Source: Methanoregula sp.
GTDB taxonomy: Archaea > Halobacteriota > Methanomicrobia > Methanomicrobiales > Methanospirillaceae
Assembly (NCBI GenBank): GCA_039698055.1
Contig: JBDKTL010000008.1
Coordinates: 1 to 50,884, forward strand
DNA length: 50,884 bases
Direction: 5' to 3'
Within the stretch, counting starts at the first letter, position 1; every line of letters starts with the position of its first letter. Shown here piece after piece: positions 1 through 9,560 of the stretch. The position numbers were made by a program, and so were the translations under genes. The notes under the pieces are model-generated. The model saw nothing but the letters and a program-made list of their open reading frames with translations, ran no database searches and was not told where the DNA came from.

Positions 1-169
1 TAACCGCATCAATAACGTCACGATCTACAATGCAAAATGGGAGATTGTAAAAGCTGCCATCGCGGACTATCTGGCTCATCCAAAATACACGCTCTAATTT
101 TTTTCTAGATCTTGTGCGTAAGTCCTAAAGCAAAAACGCCTTTTTAACAGGTCACAATACCAAGAAAAA

Positions 170-2353
170 TTAAACCTTGACCGGAATGTCCGCATGTATC
201 CAGTCAGAAACCGATTTTTTCCCGGATTTATACTCGTGGAACTGCCGGAGGGAGACCGTAAGATCGCGGGTGAATGCGAAATAGCCGATCTGCGTTGTCC
301 GGCAGAGTTTCATTGCCATGTCCATCAGCCCTCTGGGGTCGGGGCGTGCCTCGCCAAGCCAGATATGGAAAATATTTCCGCCATCAACAATCGGGAAGAA
401 GACATGTTCGATCTCCATGCGTTTTGTAAGTGGGACATCGGCACCGGGCGCGACATGGGTACCGTTCGTATAATAAATCGGAAGGTCACGGGTTTTGCCA
501 AGTTCTTCAAGCCCGTATTCGATATCGCCTTTGATCACTTTTGCCGCAAAATCATGGTATCGTTTATCGATCAGGTCGGCGACCGCAAACCGCTGCCCGG
601 TCGTCTCCGCCGGTGTACGGGCAAGAGCAATGGTCATATTGTTTTTCCGTGAAAGCTCCCGTGCATAGATCTCCATCTCGGTCATTGCCCGTATGGCAAG
701 CTTGAACGCTGCTTTTGATTCGTGCAGCTGCTGACCGGTGTGGTGCTGCACCATCTCGTTAACGCCAACGACACCGATGGTATATACCAGTCCTTCCAGA
801 TCGACGGCAATCGCCCCCCGGTCCGAAGTGTTTGGATCTTTGGGGCGCTGCATCGCAAACGGCATCCGCCCGCTTGCCCGGATATTATTCATCCAGCGGC
901 GTTTGATCTTGAAGAGTTCGATGGCCACATCCATGAGCGCACGAAGTTCTGCAAAGAGGCGTTTATCATCGCCCTCGGCTTTGTATGCTGCCCGGGGACA
1001 GTTCACCGAGACCACCTGCCAGGAACCCATCGAGAAGTGCTTGCCATCCTCGAACAGGAGTTTTTTATCAAAATCCGAGTCCTCGTCTGCAACTGCGGAG
1101 AACTGGTAGGCGCAGCACTGGTAACAGGAAATTCCCTTGCCGGCACCACGGTATTCCGGCAGCTGGTTGTCATAGTAAGGAGTGCCGAATTTTGATGCGA
1201 GCTCAAAGGTCATCAGGTAGAGATCGTGGTACGTGGGAAGATCCGGGTTTTTCCGGTTGAAATCTTCCCTTTCTGCCATAAAGTCCGGCTCAATGGAGAT
1301 CTCCGGCTTGGGGAAGTTGAAGGGTTTGCCCCAGTAATCCCCTTCAAGCATCACTTCCATAAGCGCTTTGAAGAGGAGCCGGACTTCCCGCTCGAACTCG
1401 CCATAGGTCCGCCTGGGCGCCGATGTACCGTCCCAGACTTTTCCTTTATAGACACAGGGTTTATCGCGCCAGAGATTCGGAACACCCGGCGAGAGCTGCA
1501 CGGACGAGAACACCAGCTGACCGCCCCGGGCAACCATCATCTGGGTCATCTCGTAGACGAACATCTGCATGTTCTGCTTGATCTCGGTATAGGGCATCCC
1601 TTCCATGAACGGCGAGAGAAACGTAAGGAAATTATAATAGCCCTGCCCGCCGGCAAAATTTGTCTGGGCACTTCCCAGGGCTTTTACCGCGTGGAGGATG
1701 GCAACTTCCGCACGCTTGGCCGGGCCGGCAACCGAAGCCTTTGTCCCGTTCCCATCCGGCATCAGGCCATAATAGAAGAAATACCGGAGATCCCAGTCCT
1801 GGCAGAACGGCCGTGTACCAAAATACTCCAGATCGTGGATATGCATCTCGCCGGAAAGATGGTGGTCCGCAAGTTCGGGGGGGAGCTGGAGCAGGTACTG
1901 CTCTTTTGAGATCTTATCTGCTTTTTTCTTATGGGAGGTCTCGGCATTTTCCTGCAGGTTTGCATTGTCATGCGACTCGAACCCTTTCCCGACGTCAATC
2001 TGGTGTGCATCATAGACCGGGGTACCCACCCGGGTGCAGACATTCCGGTACTGGATCATTCCTCTTTCAAGAAGTGTGATGTTGACGATCTCGCGGATCA
2101 GCGGCCCGGACAGGGATTTCAAGCCGAGAGTCTTGATCCGGGTCTCCACATCAAAGGCAATCTCCTGCGCGGTTGCCACGTCCGCGCCCTCGTAACCGTA
2201 AAAAGTTTCTACGAGCTTTGTTTCCTGCACGATCTGGCGGACGATCCGATCGCGATCCCATTCAATGATATGTCCGTCGGATGTGCGGACCGAGGGGAGG
2301 ACGGGGACAGCAAGTCCGTCAAAGGTTAACTGCTGGGTCTCCCGGCGTGCCAT
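170..2353 (-). CDS. nrdD: Anaerobic (class III) ribonucleoside-triphosphate reductase with N-terminal ATP-cone; C-terminal glycyl-radical/Zn domain absent
   Basis: ATP-cone (VRTSDGHIIEWDRDRIVRQI), HIHDLEYF, finger-loop YQCCAY, TPAET, YYTNGTH and GGNIFHIWLGE motifs. Confidence 0.93.
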   Translation of the reverse strand: MARRETQQLTFDGLAVPVLPSVRTSDGHIIEWDRDRIVRQIVQETKLVETFYGYEGADVATAQEIAFDVETRIKTLGLKSLSGPLIREIVNITLLERGMIQYRNVCTRVGTPVYDAHQIDVGKGFESHDNANLQENAETSHKKKADKISKEQYLLQLPPELADHHLSGEMHIHDLEYFGTRPFCQDWDLRYFFYYGLMPDGNGTKASVAGPAKRAEVAILHAVKALGSAQTNFAGGQGYYNFLTFLSPFMEGMPYTEIKQNMQMFVYEMTQMMVARGGQLVFSSVQLSPGVPNLWRDKPCVYKGKVWDGTSAPRRTYGEFEREVRLLFKALMEVMLEGDYWGKPFNFPKPEISIEPDFMAEREDFNRKNPDLPTYHDLYLMTFELASKFGTPYYDNQLPEYRGAGKGISCYQCCAYQFSAVADEDSDFDKKLLFEDGKHFSMGSWQVVSVNCPRAAYKAEGDDKRLFAELRALMDVAIELFKIKRRWMNNIRASGRMPFAMQRPKDPNTSDRGAIAVDLEGLVYTIGVVGVNEMVQHHTGQQLHESKAAFKLAIRAMTEMEIYARELSRKNNMTIALARTPAETTGQRFAVADLIDKRYHDFAAKVIKGDIEYGLEELGKTRDLPIYYTNGTHVAPGADVPLTKRMEIEHVFFPIVDGGNIFHIWLGEARPDPRGLMDMAMKLCRTTQIGYFAFTRDLTVSLRQFHEYKSGKKSVSDWIHADIPVKV

Positions 2354-2622
2354 TATCCACCTTTGGCAATTTTCGTGATCTGCTCACCATTCAGTTTTCC
2401 ACCGGGAAAGAGGTCGGCGGACGTATAGAAATCATCGTTTACCTGCAGCACCGGAGCTTCGCTCACAAAAACACCATTAATCCGGAGCTCGGTCAACGAT
2501 TCGGCAGTTGAAAGGTCGCGCACCGTGTAAGGATAGCCGGCCTTTTTCAGAAAACCCTTTAAAAGTTCGCAATGCGGGCAGTTTTCCAGTGTATAGACAA
2601 TTAACTGCGTAGTATTCGGCAT
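2353..2622 (-). CDS. nrdH: NrdH-like glutaredoxin/thioredoxin
   Basis: 89 aa, YTLENCPHC redox motif, APVL cis-Pro loop; stop overlaps the nrdD start. Confidence 0.8.
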   Translation of the reverse strand: MPNTTQLIVYTLENCPHCELLKGFLKKAGYPYTVRDLSTAESLTELRINGVFVSEAPVLQVNDDFYTSADLFPGGKLNGEQITKIAKGG

Positions 2623-2736
2623 AAAAAGACACCCCTCTTGTTATCTATGCAATACGCATTTTGGAGATAAAAAAATCTTGGTTTGTGACCAGACCCGGGG
2701 CATTCCGGATATCGATCACCATTAGTAGGTGAATGG

Positions 2737-3291
2737 ATGAATAGTATGGTAATGGTAAGGGCGTTTGTGGCACTCGAACTATCTGCCGATATACAGGAAC
2801 AGCTCAGAGCGGTGCAGGACAGCCTGCGCGGATGCCGTGCACGCCTCACGCTCGTTGACCCGGCGCTCATTCATATCACGGTGAAGTTTCTTGGTGAGGT
2901 TGATGACCGGACTATCCCAAAAATTTCTGCGGCGCTCCAGCAGGTCCGGTTTGAAGCGTTTCCGGTAACCGCGGGAAAAGTAACGGTCAATAATCCCCAT
3001 AATCCCCGCACGGTCTGGTCGGTCATTGAAGATAACGGGAAAAGCCGGCAGCTCTTTTCCAGGGTTGAAGAAGTACTTGAGCCGCTTGGGTTTGCAAAAG
3101 AGACCCGCCCGTTTACCCCTCATGCGACAATAGCGCGGGTAAAGACAGAAGATCCCTCGTTGCGTGCCTGCCTTGATCTGTTCAAAGACCGTACCTATGG
3201 CATGTGCACGATTTTTGGCCTGAAACTCAAAAAAAGCACACTTACGTCACAAGGTCCCATCTATGAAGATCTCATGGAGGTTACATGGTAA
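2737..3291 (+). CDS. thpR: RNA 2',3'-cyclic phosphodiesterase (2H phosphoesterase)
   Basis: RAFVAL start, two HxT motifs (HITVKF, HATIAR), C-terminal S-TL-GPIY; true start may be 2746 or 2752. Confidence 0.9.
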   Translation: MNSMVMVRAFVALELSADIQEQLRAVQDSLRGCRARLTLVDPALIHITVKFLGEVDDRTIPKISAALQQVRFEAFPVTAGKVTVNNPHNPRTVWSVIEDNGKSRQLFSRVEEVLEPLGFAKETRPFTPHATIARVKTEDPSLRACLDLFKDRTYGMCTIFGLKLKKSTLTSQGPIYEDLMEVTW

Positions 3292-4655
3292 ACCGGCTGC
3301 CCCTTGAAGAGGAAGTGCTCGCATCCAATCTTCGCCCGACACAAGAAGAGCACGACTATATCTGGGGCGTGGCTCACCGGCTGCTTGCCGCCATACAGGA
3401 AAGCGGGAAGGCAGAGGGCATGGTTGTTGGTTCGATTGCCCGCAACACCTGGGTCCGGGGGGACCGGGACCTTGATGTCTTCCTCCTTTTTCCCCCGGAT
3501 TTGTCCCGCGATGCGCTGGAAACCGAGGGGCTTGCCCTCGCGCGGAAGATTGCCGGCCGGTTCACTAAATCGGTACGCGAGAAATATGCCGAACACCCGT
3601 ATATCAACGCGTGCATTGATTTGATCGATGTCGATCTGGTGCCCTGCTACAAGGTTGAAAGTGCAGAACGGATCCAGAGCGCTGTTGATAGGACCCCGTT
3701 TCATACCCGGTACATCACCGACAAGATCAACGGGCTTGTCGATGACGTGCTGCTGCTGAAACGGTTTACAAAAGCCGGCGGGATCTATGGATCCGACCAG
3801 ATGACCGAAGGGTTCTCAGGCTACCTTTGCGAACTGCTGGTTCTGCACTACGGGGGATTTTCTTCGCTCATTGCAGCGGCAGCAGACTGGCGCCCGCATA
3901 TCGTGATCGACATTGAACATCACGCGGGAAAAGTGTTTGACGAGCCGCTCGTGGTCATCGATCCGGTAGATCCTAAAAGAAACGTGGCTGCTGCCGTGTC
4001 CCTTGACCGGATGGTGGAGTTTGTGGAACTTGCGCGGGGCTACCTGAACGCGCCGTCCCCGGTATTCTTCGCACTCCCCACGCCGCAGTTTATCTCCCGG
4101 GAGGAGCTGGCTGCCCTGCTCGACCAGCGGGGAACCAGTCTCTTTGCCATCACGTTTGCCACACCGCCCTACATCGAAGAAATTGTTGTGCCGCAGTTGA
4201 AACGAAGTACTGCTGCTGTTCGTGAACACCTTGAGCGGACCGGGTTTGCGGTGCACCACGCTCATTACATGATGCTGCCGGACCGGTGCATGCTTCTCTT
4301 TGAGCTGCTCATCGATGAACTTCCCGCTATCCGCAGGCACCAGGGACCGCCGATTTGGAATGCGGTAAATGCGGAAAAATTCCGGGAAAAACATCATGTA
4401 CCGGGTTCTCCCGGGCCATACATTGAAGACGGGCGGTATGAGATGGAAGTCCCACGGGAATGGACACGGGCAGCAGACCTTCTCACATCACCCACGCTCC
4501 TGAACATAAGCCTCGGCAGGCACGTGCGCCAGTCGCTTGCAAAGGACTGGACCGTGCAGTACGGGGAGGACTGCTGGAATGAAGAGTTCGCGGGATTTAT
4601 TGCCGGGTTCTTTGACCGGTGTTCGCCGCTGGTCCGGATCAGGAAGAGGGAATAG
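3285..4655 (+). CDS. cca: Archaeal CCA-adding tRNA nucleotidyltransferase
   Basis: GSIARNTW..DLD nucleotidyltransferase motif, YAEHPY, SAVDRTPFH, GFSGYLCELL, DPVDPKRNVAAA. Confidence 0.95.
   Translation: MVNRLPLEEEVLASNLRPTQEEHDYIWGVAHRLLAAIQESGKAEGMVVGSIARNTWVRGDRDLDVFLLFPPDLSRDALETEGLALARKIAGRFTKSVREKYAEHPYINACIDLIDVDLVPCYKVESAERIQSAVDRTPFHTRYITDKINGLVDDVLLLKRFTKAGGIYGSDQMTEGFSGYLCELLVLHYGGFSSLIAAAADWRPHIVIDIEHHAGKVFDEPLVVIDPVDPKRNVAAAVSLDRMVEFVELARGYLNAPSPVFFALPTPQFISREELAALLDQRGTSLFAITFATPPYIEEIVVPQLKRSTAAVREHLERTGFAVHHAHYMMLPDRCMLLFELLIDELPAIRRHQGPPIWNAVNAEKFREKHHVPGSPGPYIEDGRYEMEVPREWTRAADLLTSPTLLNISLGRHVRQSLAKDWTVQYGEDCWNEEFAGFIAGFFDRCSPLVRIRKRE
4532..4591 (+). repeat. 60-bp direct repeat, copy 1 (inside the cca 3' end); candidate crossover/att core
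   Basis: gtcgcttgcaaaggactggaccgtgcagtacggggaggactgctggaatgaagagttcgc is identical to 8854-8913. Confidence 0.95.
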
Positions 4656-4728
4656 ATTTTTCTTCATGTAATCTCTTTTCCGAATTTTAGTTTTTCATGT
4701 GTTGGATGAACTCCTCCAGCAGTCTTCA

Positions 4729-5838
4729 TTAATATTTCCGTTTTATGCCGTAGGCAGCTACTCCAAGGGCGGTGAGAAGTGTGAAACATGCCGTGAGTGG
4801 ATCAATACCTGATTGGGTTGTGGAGAGAGATTCCGCGACAGGAATAGCCGGGGTCGTAGTCGCATTGGTTGACAGGGTATGAGCAGGTGTGGCGGGCATG
4901 TACCAGACATCATTGCCGCTGCTGTTAGAACCCCCGATTACCCAAATCCCATTCCGGAAGACTCCAAGACCGTGCTCGAACCGGGGACTGAACCCCGCAT
5001 GTTCGGTTTCAAGAGTCCAGATTTTCCCATCCGCTGATGACCAGATCTCATTAAACTCATACGCAGGAAATGCAGAAGGGTACTTGGTTTCATGCGTCGG
5101 GCCATTCGAACCGCCGCCAACGATCCAAAGTTTGTCGTCGAAAACCGTCACCGGGGTGAATTCCATTTGCTGAAACGGAGCACTGGCATTAATCAATGTC
5201 CAGATTTTCCCATCTGTGGACGACCAGACATCGTTGTTCCGGTCGCCGCCGATTACCCAGAGGCGATTATCGAATACTGCAACCCCTTCCCCAAGACGCA
5301 GACCGAAACTTACATTTGCCGTGACGAGGTCCCAGTTTTTCCCATCTGCGGACGACCAGACATCGTTGTTCTGGTTGCCGCCGATCACCCAGAGGCGATT
5401 GCCGAATATCACAACTCCCGGAGAATGGCGTGGACCAAAACTCGCATTTGCCGTGACAAGGTCCCAGTTTATCCCGTCTGCCGAGGACCAGACATCGTTC
5501 ATCAGCCGGTAATTTTCGCCACTCCCACCGATGACCCAGATGCGGTTATCAAATGCTATAACGCCCATACTAACACGGGGACTAAAATTCGCGTGAGCAG
5601 TTTCAAGGGTCCAGGTATCGCCATCCGAAGATGACCACACGTCGTTCATGTAATCATCTCCACGGCCTCCGATCACCCAGAGACGGTCATTAAACGTACC
5701 CGTTCCAAAGTAATTCCGCGTCTCGAACGTTGCGTTGGAAGTAATTTGGGTCCAGTTTCCGTAGGTGGATGTATCTGCGCTTACGAGTCCGGTGAGGATA
5801 AAGCAAAGTGCAAGAATACAAGGCAGTGTGTATTTCAT
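4729..5838 (-). CDS. Secreted Kelch-repeat beta-propeller protein with C-terminal membrane anchor
   Basis: Signal peptide; repeated (F)DNRLWVIGG...NDVWSSADGxxW units; Thr-rich linker, TM segment and basic tail. Confidence 0.85.
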   Translation of the reverse strand: MKYTLPCILALCFILTGLVSADTSTYGNWTQITSNATFETRNYFGTGTFNDRLWVIGGRGDDYMNDVWSSSDGDTWTLETAHANFSPRVSMGVIAFDNRIWVIGGSGENYRLMNDVWSSADGINWDLVTANASFGPRHSPGVVIFGNRLWVIGGNQNNDVWSSADGKNWDLVTANVSFGLRLGEGVAVFDNRLWVIGGDRNNDVWSSTDGKIWTLINASAPFQQMEFTPVTVFDDKLWIVGGGSNGPTHETKYPSAFPAYEFNEIWSSADGKIWTLETEHAGFSPRFEHGLGVFRNGIWVIGGSNSSGNDVWYMPATPAHTLSTNATTTPAIPVAESLSTTQSGIDPLTACFTLLTALGVAAYGIKRKY

Positions 5839-5871
5839 ACAATCATCTCTGTCAAAAATAGATATTTTGAT

Positions 5872-7197
5872 TTAAATATTCCCTGTATTAAGTTTAATCG
5901 AAGTTGGCCATGATGAATTGGTGACGGATAGTCCATACTTGGGGTAGTTCCAGTAATTGTTGACATATCCTGCCATTGCTGAAGGGATGACACTGTTGCC
6001 ATCTATATCCTTTATAACGATATTTGTAAATGTTGTGTTACCGGGGAGGTAACTCGAATTATAGCGGGTGTTTGAAGGATTCTGATCGACAAATTTTTGA
6101 TCCCATCCTTCAAGTACAGTATATGCTTGGAGATTTTGATACGTTAACTCCGATGACTGTGATGAATTGAGGAACAGTGTTGAACTGACCCCCAAATTCA
6201 AGTCTGTGATTGAGCCGTCCCATATCGCTCCGGTATGAATCATGTTGCCTTGAATGAGATCCCCTTGTGAGACTATTTCTCCACTATAGATATTTCCGTA
6301 TCTTCGTGTTGTATGGTATCCAATACCATTTTGTTCATTTGAGGCTACCCACCATGTTGCGATACTCCAATTTGCAGATGTAGGTAGCGGTTCATGTGGG
6401 TTTGCTCTTGCGTACCATTCAAGCACGGGTTGAAGAAGGAAGTTAGTGTCTTGAGTCTCAAGACCGTTCCAGATTGTAGATTGCGATCCGTCTATGGTAT
6501 TAGCATCGGTATAATTGTATACCGAAGATGGACTTTTGGGAATATTCCATTGTGCCGAAAATTGCCCAACTGTTGCAATTGGAGGGGTTTCACCATATTC
6601 GATCCATTGAGGGGACAGCGTTTGTGGGGTATAAAACGATTGTGGGGCTGCTGATTTTTTTTGCCCTCCTCTAGAATCATCAAGGACGGTTAGAATCCGC
6701 TGATTGTCATAGAACACGTTTGTGACAGCGTTATTGTCCACGATCAACGATTTGTCCGGGACTTCAAATACTTCTGTCGCTGGCAGTGCACCGTCCAGCG
6801 TATTGATCAGAGGCGCTTTGGCATCTTCCGCTGCGAACAACTGTTGACCCGTCGAGTCAAATACGGTCGTTACCCCATCGTTTGAATGATGGACAATTGC
6901 GCCAAAGGGGATGTCTGATGCGATTGGGGCAGCAGATGCAGCTATCTTGGCGGCAATCTGAGAACTTTGCGTACTCCCGCTCACTTTGAACTCACCGTTG
7001 ACAATGGCCTTCTTTTGGGTTTTATCATACTGTAACTGCGGCAATTGAGTATTACTCTGGTTAAGTGATACTGCATTCAACTCATTTATGGTTGCAGCGT
7101 TCGGATTTTGTACTCCCGCCGCGCTTACCATCGGTACTATCGTCATCCCCACTAGCAACAGCGCGAGCAGGATGACGCCAATTTTCAGTGTTTTCAT
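5872..7197 (-). CDS. Secreted protein, possibly with a glutamic-peptidase (G1/neprosin-like) C-terminal domain
   Basis: Signal peptide ending VSA; SAQWNIPKSP, IWNGLE, LLQPVLEW and VLEG are reminiscent of eqolisin-fold peptidases (function tentative). Confidence 0.55.
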   Translation of the reverse strand: MKTLKIGVILLALLLVGMTIVPMVSAAGVQNPNAATINELNAVSLNQSNTQLPQLQYDKTQKKAIVNGEFKVSGSTQSSQIAAKIAASAAPIASDIPFGAIVHHSNDGVTTVFDSTGQQLFAAEDAKAPLINTLDGALPATEVFEVPDKSLIVDNNAVTNVFYDNQRILTVLDDSRGGQKKSAAPQSFYTPQTLSPQWIEYGETPPIATVGQFSAQWNIPKSPSSVYNYTDANTIDGSQSTIWNGLETQDTNFLLQPVLEWYARANPHEPLPTSANWSIATWWVASNEQNGIGYHTTRRYGNIYSGEIVSQGDLIQGNMIHTGAIWDGSITDLNLGVSSTLFLNSSQSSELTYQNLQAYTVLEGWDQKFVDQNPSNTRYNSSYLPGNTTFTNIVIKDIDGNSVIPSAMAGYVNNYWNYPKYGLSVTNSSWPTSIKLNTGNI

Positions 7198-7406
7198 GGT
7201 TTATTACCTCTGCACTTTTTTTCGCTGCGCTCGAAAGGCACGGGAACAACCATCATAATGAGAGAAGACACCGATCACATGCCTTCGGGCAGGACCGGCC
7301 CGTCAAGTGTGCAAACGAGGCGAGGGCCGGTCCTTTCTTTTGCAGGACATCCCCAGATGCCCTACACGTGGAGGACTTCTCTACGCGACCTATAATTTTT
7401 CTGTGT

Positions 7407-7442
7407 CGTTTGTCTAAGTGTGGGCTGACACTTAGACAAACG
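7407..7442. promoter_or_regulatory. Perfect 15-bp inverted repeat with 6-bp spacer between divergent genes; candidate operator
   Basis: cgtttgtctaagtgt-gggctg-acacttagacaaacg. Confidence 0.6.
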
Positions 7443-7490
7443 CCATAGAAGGGTTAAGTGCCGGGTGCTGAAACCCGCAGCCGTGATACT

Positions 7491-7934
7491 ATGAGAGTAT
7501 CCGGACTCATCCTCGCTATCCTGATATGTGCCGCGCTGCTTGTATCTGGAGTTTCTGCAATGAATGTCGAAAAAAGTACAGGGTACACGGTTAATCCTGC
7601 AACAAATCTGCGGTTGCCCCTGGTGATAACTCCCTTGATTACAGGAGGAATAACCCAGGGTCAGACGGTCTGGCAGACAAAAGTGGTTTCTTCAGGAACA
7701 ACCACAATGTTTGTTGACCTGAACTGGGGTAATAATGCGAACTCGCTCACCCTCACGGTGTTTGCTCCCGATGGAACCCTTGGCCCCTATTATGATTCAT
7801 CGGATGGTATAACCAATGGCAGGATCTACCTGATGATATCGAAATCTCCCAGTCTTACCCCGGGAACCTGGTCTTTCAGGATATACGGGGATAGAATTAC
7901 TGGAACGCAGAATTATTCGTTCGCAGCGAATTAA
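7491..7934 (+). CDS. Small secreted protein with PPC (pre-peptidase C-terminal)-like domain
   Basis: Signal peptide; VDLNWG..NSLTLTVFAPDG..GPYYD..DG...GTWSF. Confidence 0.7.
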   Translation: MRVSGLILAILICAALLVSGVSAMNVEKSTGYTVNPATNLRLPLVITPLITGGITQGQTVWQTKVVSSGTTTMFVDLNWGNNANSLTLTVFAPDGTLGPYYDSSDGITNGRIYLMISKSPSLTPGTWSFRIYGDRITGTQNYSFAAN

Positions 7935-7978
7935 TTAAATCCAAATGTTATTAATGCCTTAATTATTAATCACTCGTG

Positions 7979-8761
7979 ATGAAACAAGGAAAATTTTTCA
8001 TCACGTTTGTGATTTTTACCGTTGTTTTATGTTGCATTTGCTCTCCTGTAATAGCTTCTGGCTATGACGTTCAGCCCGCATATGGCCATACTCCGGAACC
8101 AATTCAGGACTCCAGTGTTCCATCCTCATTCTGGGATCAATCTGGAAGAATAATGACACTTCACTTTGTTCTTTTGGTATCCCCACTGCTTTTGTTCCCC
8201 GTTGAGCTTCTCTTTGCCCTGAAAGTTTTTACCGTATTGGGTTACCGGAAGATCGAAAAATCTGCAATCCTCTATAATGAAAACCGCCGCGTGATTTTTG
8301 AAGCAATTCGATCAAACCCGGGAATTTATTTTAATGAGCTTTCCCGTGTGACAGGTATCAATCGCGGGACTCTGAAATATCATCTCGTTGTGCTGAAGAT
8401 TAAAGGGAAAATTACAAAACTCGGTACTACAGGATCCATACGGTATTTTGAGAACAGTGGATGTTATAGCGATCTTGAAAAGACATTGTTCCGCCATTTA
8501 CAGGAAACCACATCTCGAAAATTTCTTGAGATTGTATCCTTAAAACCACATATCTATCAGAAAGAAATTGCGGAAAAAATCGGGATCTCTGAACCGTCAG
8601 TTTTCTGGCATATGGTTACTCTGGAACGCGAAGGAATCGTCACGACACAAAGAAGCGGGAGGCATGTCCGGTACGAACTCACTACAGATGCGGAGCGGAT
8701 TTTAAAAAAGTATTATGGAAAATTGCTGGCTCCTCTTGGTTCTACACACATATCTGAATAA
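7979..8761 (+). CDS. Membrane-anchored double winged-helix transcriptional regulator
   Basis: N-terminal signal/TM segments, then NENRRVIFEAIRSNPGIYFNEL..GTLKYHL and a second wHTH (QKEIAEKIGISEPSVFWH). Confidence 0.8.
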   Translation: MKQGKFFITFVIFTVVLCCICSPVIASGYDVQPAYGHTPEPIQDSSVPSSFWDQSGRIMTLHFVLLVSPLLLFPVELLFALKVFTVLGYRKIEKSAILYNENRRVIFEAIRSNPGIYFNELSRVTGINRGTLKYHLVVLKIKGKITKLGTTGSIRYFENSGCYSDLEKTLFRHLQETTSRKFLEIVSLKPHIYQKEIAEKIGISEPSVFWHMVTLEREGIVTTQRSGRHVRYELTTDAERILKKYYGKLLAPLGSTHISE

Positions 8762-8764
8762 GTA

Positions 8765-8977
8765 ATGATCATGCCCCGGGAGTTCGTGCGAGCGGCCGAT
8801 CTCCTCTCCTCCCCCACGCTCTTAAATGTGGGCGTCGGCCGGCATGTTCGGATGTCGCTTGCAAAGGACTGGACCGTGCAGTACGGGGAGGACTGCTGGA
8901 ATGAAGAGTTCGCTTTTTTCATCGCGGCATTCTTCAACCGGTGCTCCCCCCTTGTCAGGATACTGAAGATGGGGTAA
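8765..8977 (+). pseudogene. cca: Displaced duplicate of the cca 3' end (last ~70 codons)
   Basis: MIMPREFVRAADLLSSPTLL..AKDWTVQYGEDCWNEEFA..RCSPLVRI aligns without gaps to the Cca C-terminus. Confidence 0.92.
8854..8913 (+). repeat. 60-bp direct repeat, copy 2
   Basis: Identical to 4532-4591. Confidence 0.95.
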
Positions 8978-9134
8978 AAAATGTTCTGGCGGGACGGTTA
9001 CGCCGGATTATAAAAGCGGGCAGGTGAACGATTGGATTTGAATCGGAAATATCGGGAAAAACCGCCGTTTTTTTTCCGGGGGATAGTAAAAAATCAAAAA
9101 AAACAGACAGGTTGTACTTCCCTGCCGGAATAAA

Positions 9135-9473
9135 TTATAAACTGCCGTTGCCCGATTCGCCGGTACGCACCCGGACGGATTCCTCAACCGGGATCACAAA
9201 GATCCTGCCATCCCCGATCTTCCCGGTCCGGGCAGACGCACTGATAATCCCGATGATTTTTTCAACGGCTTCATCGGGAACGACCATCTCCAGTTTCATT
9301 TTCGGGAGCAGATCAACTACGTACTCCGCTCCACGGTATTCCTGCTTTACCCCGCGCTGCAGTCCCCTTCCCTCCACTTCGCTCACGGTCATCGACCCAT
9401 AGCCGGCTGCATCAAGCGCTGCCTTGACGCCCTCAAACATTTCGCGCCGGATCATTGTTTCAATCATTTTCAT
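9135..9473 (-). CDS. glnK: P-II family nitrogen regulator
   Basis: MKMIETMIR, GRGLQRG, YRGAEY T-loop, TGKIGDGRIFV; 112 aa from ATG 9473. Confidence 0.92.
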   Translation of the reverse strand: MKMIETMIRREMFEGVKAALDAAGYGSMTVSEVEGRGLQRGVKQEYRGAEYVVDLLPKMKLEMVVPDEAVEKIIGIISASARTGKIGDGRIFVIPVEESVRVRTGESGNGSL

Positions 9474-9560
9474 AAAAAACACTCCTTCTGAATCAACGCA
9501 CCCAACCATTCCCTGCCGGCATATTCACGCCCATACCTGCAAAAAAGTCGGAATAAAAGA

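Larger units (their letters stand above)
4656..8764. mobile_element. Small genomic island between cca and a duplicated cca 3' fragment; no integrase visible
   Basis: Flanked by homologous cca 3' ends; partly AT-richer than the flanks; accessory secreted-protein genes. Confidence 0.65.

Noticed and set aside
5020-5690. DNA tandem repeats as a non-coding array
   Set aside because: They are the coding Kelch repeats of ORF 4729-5838
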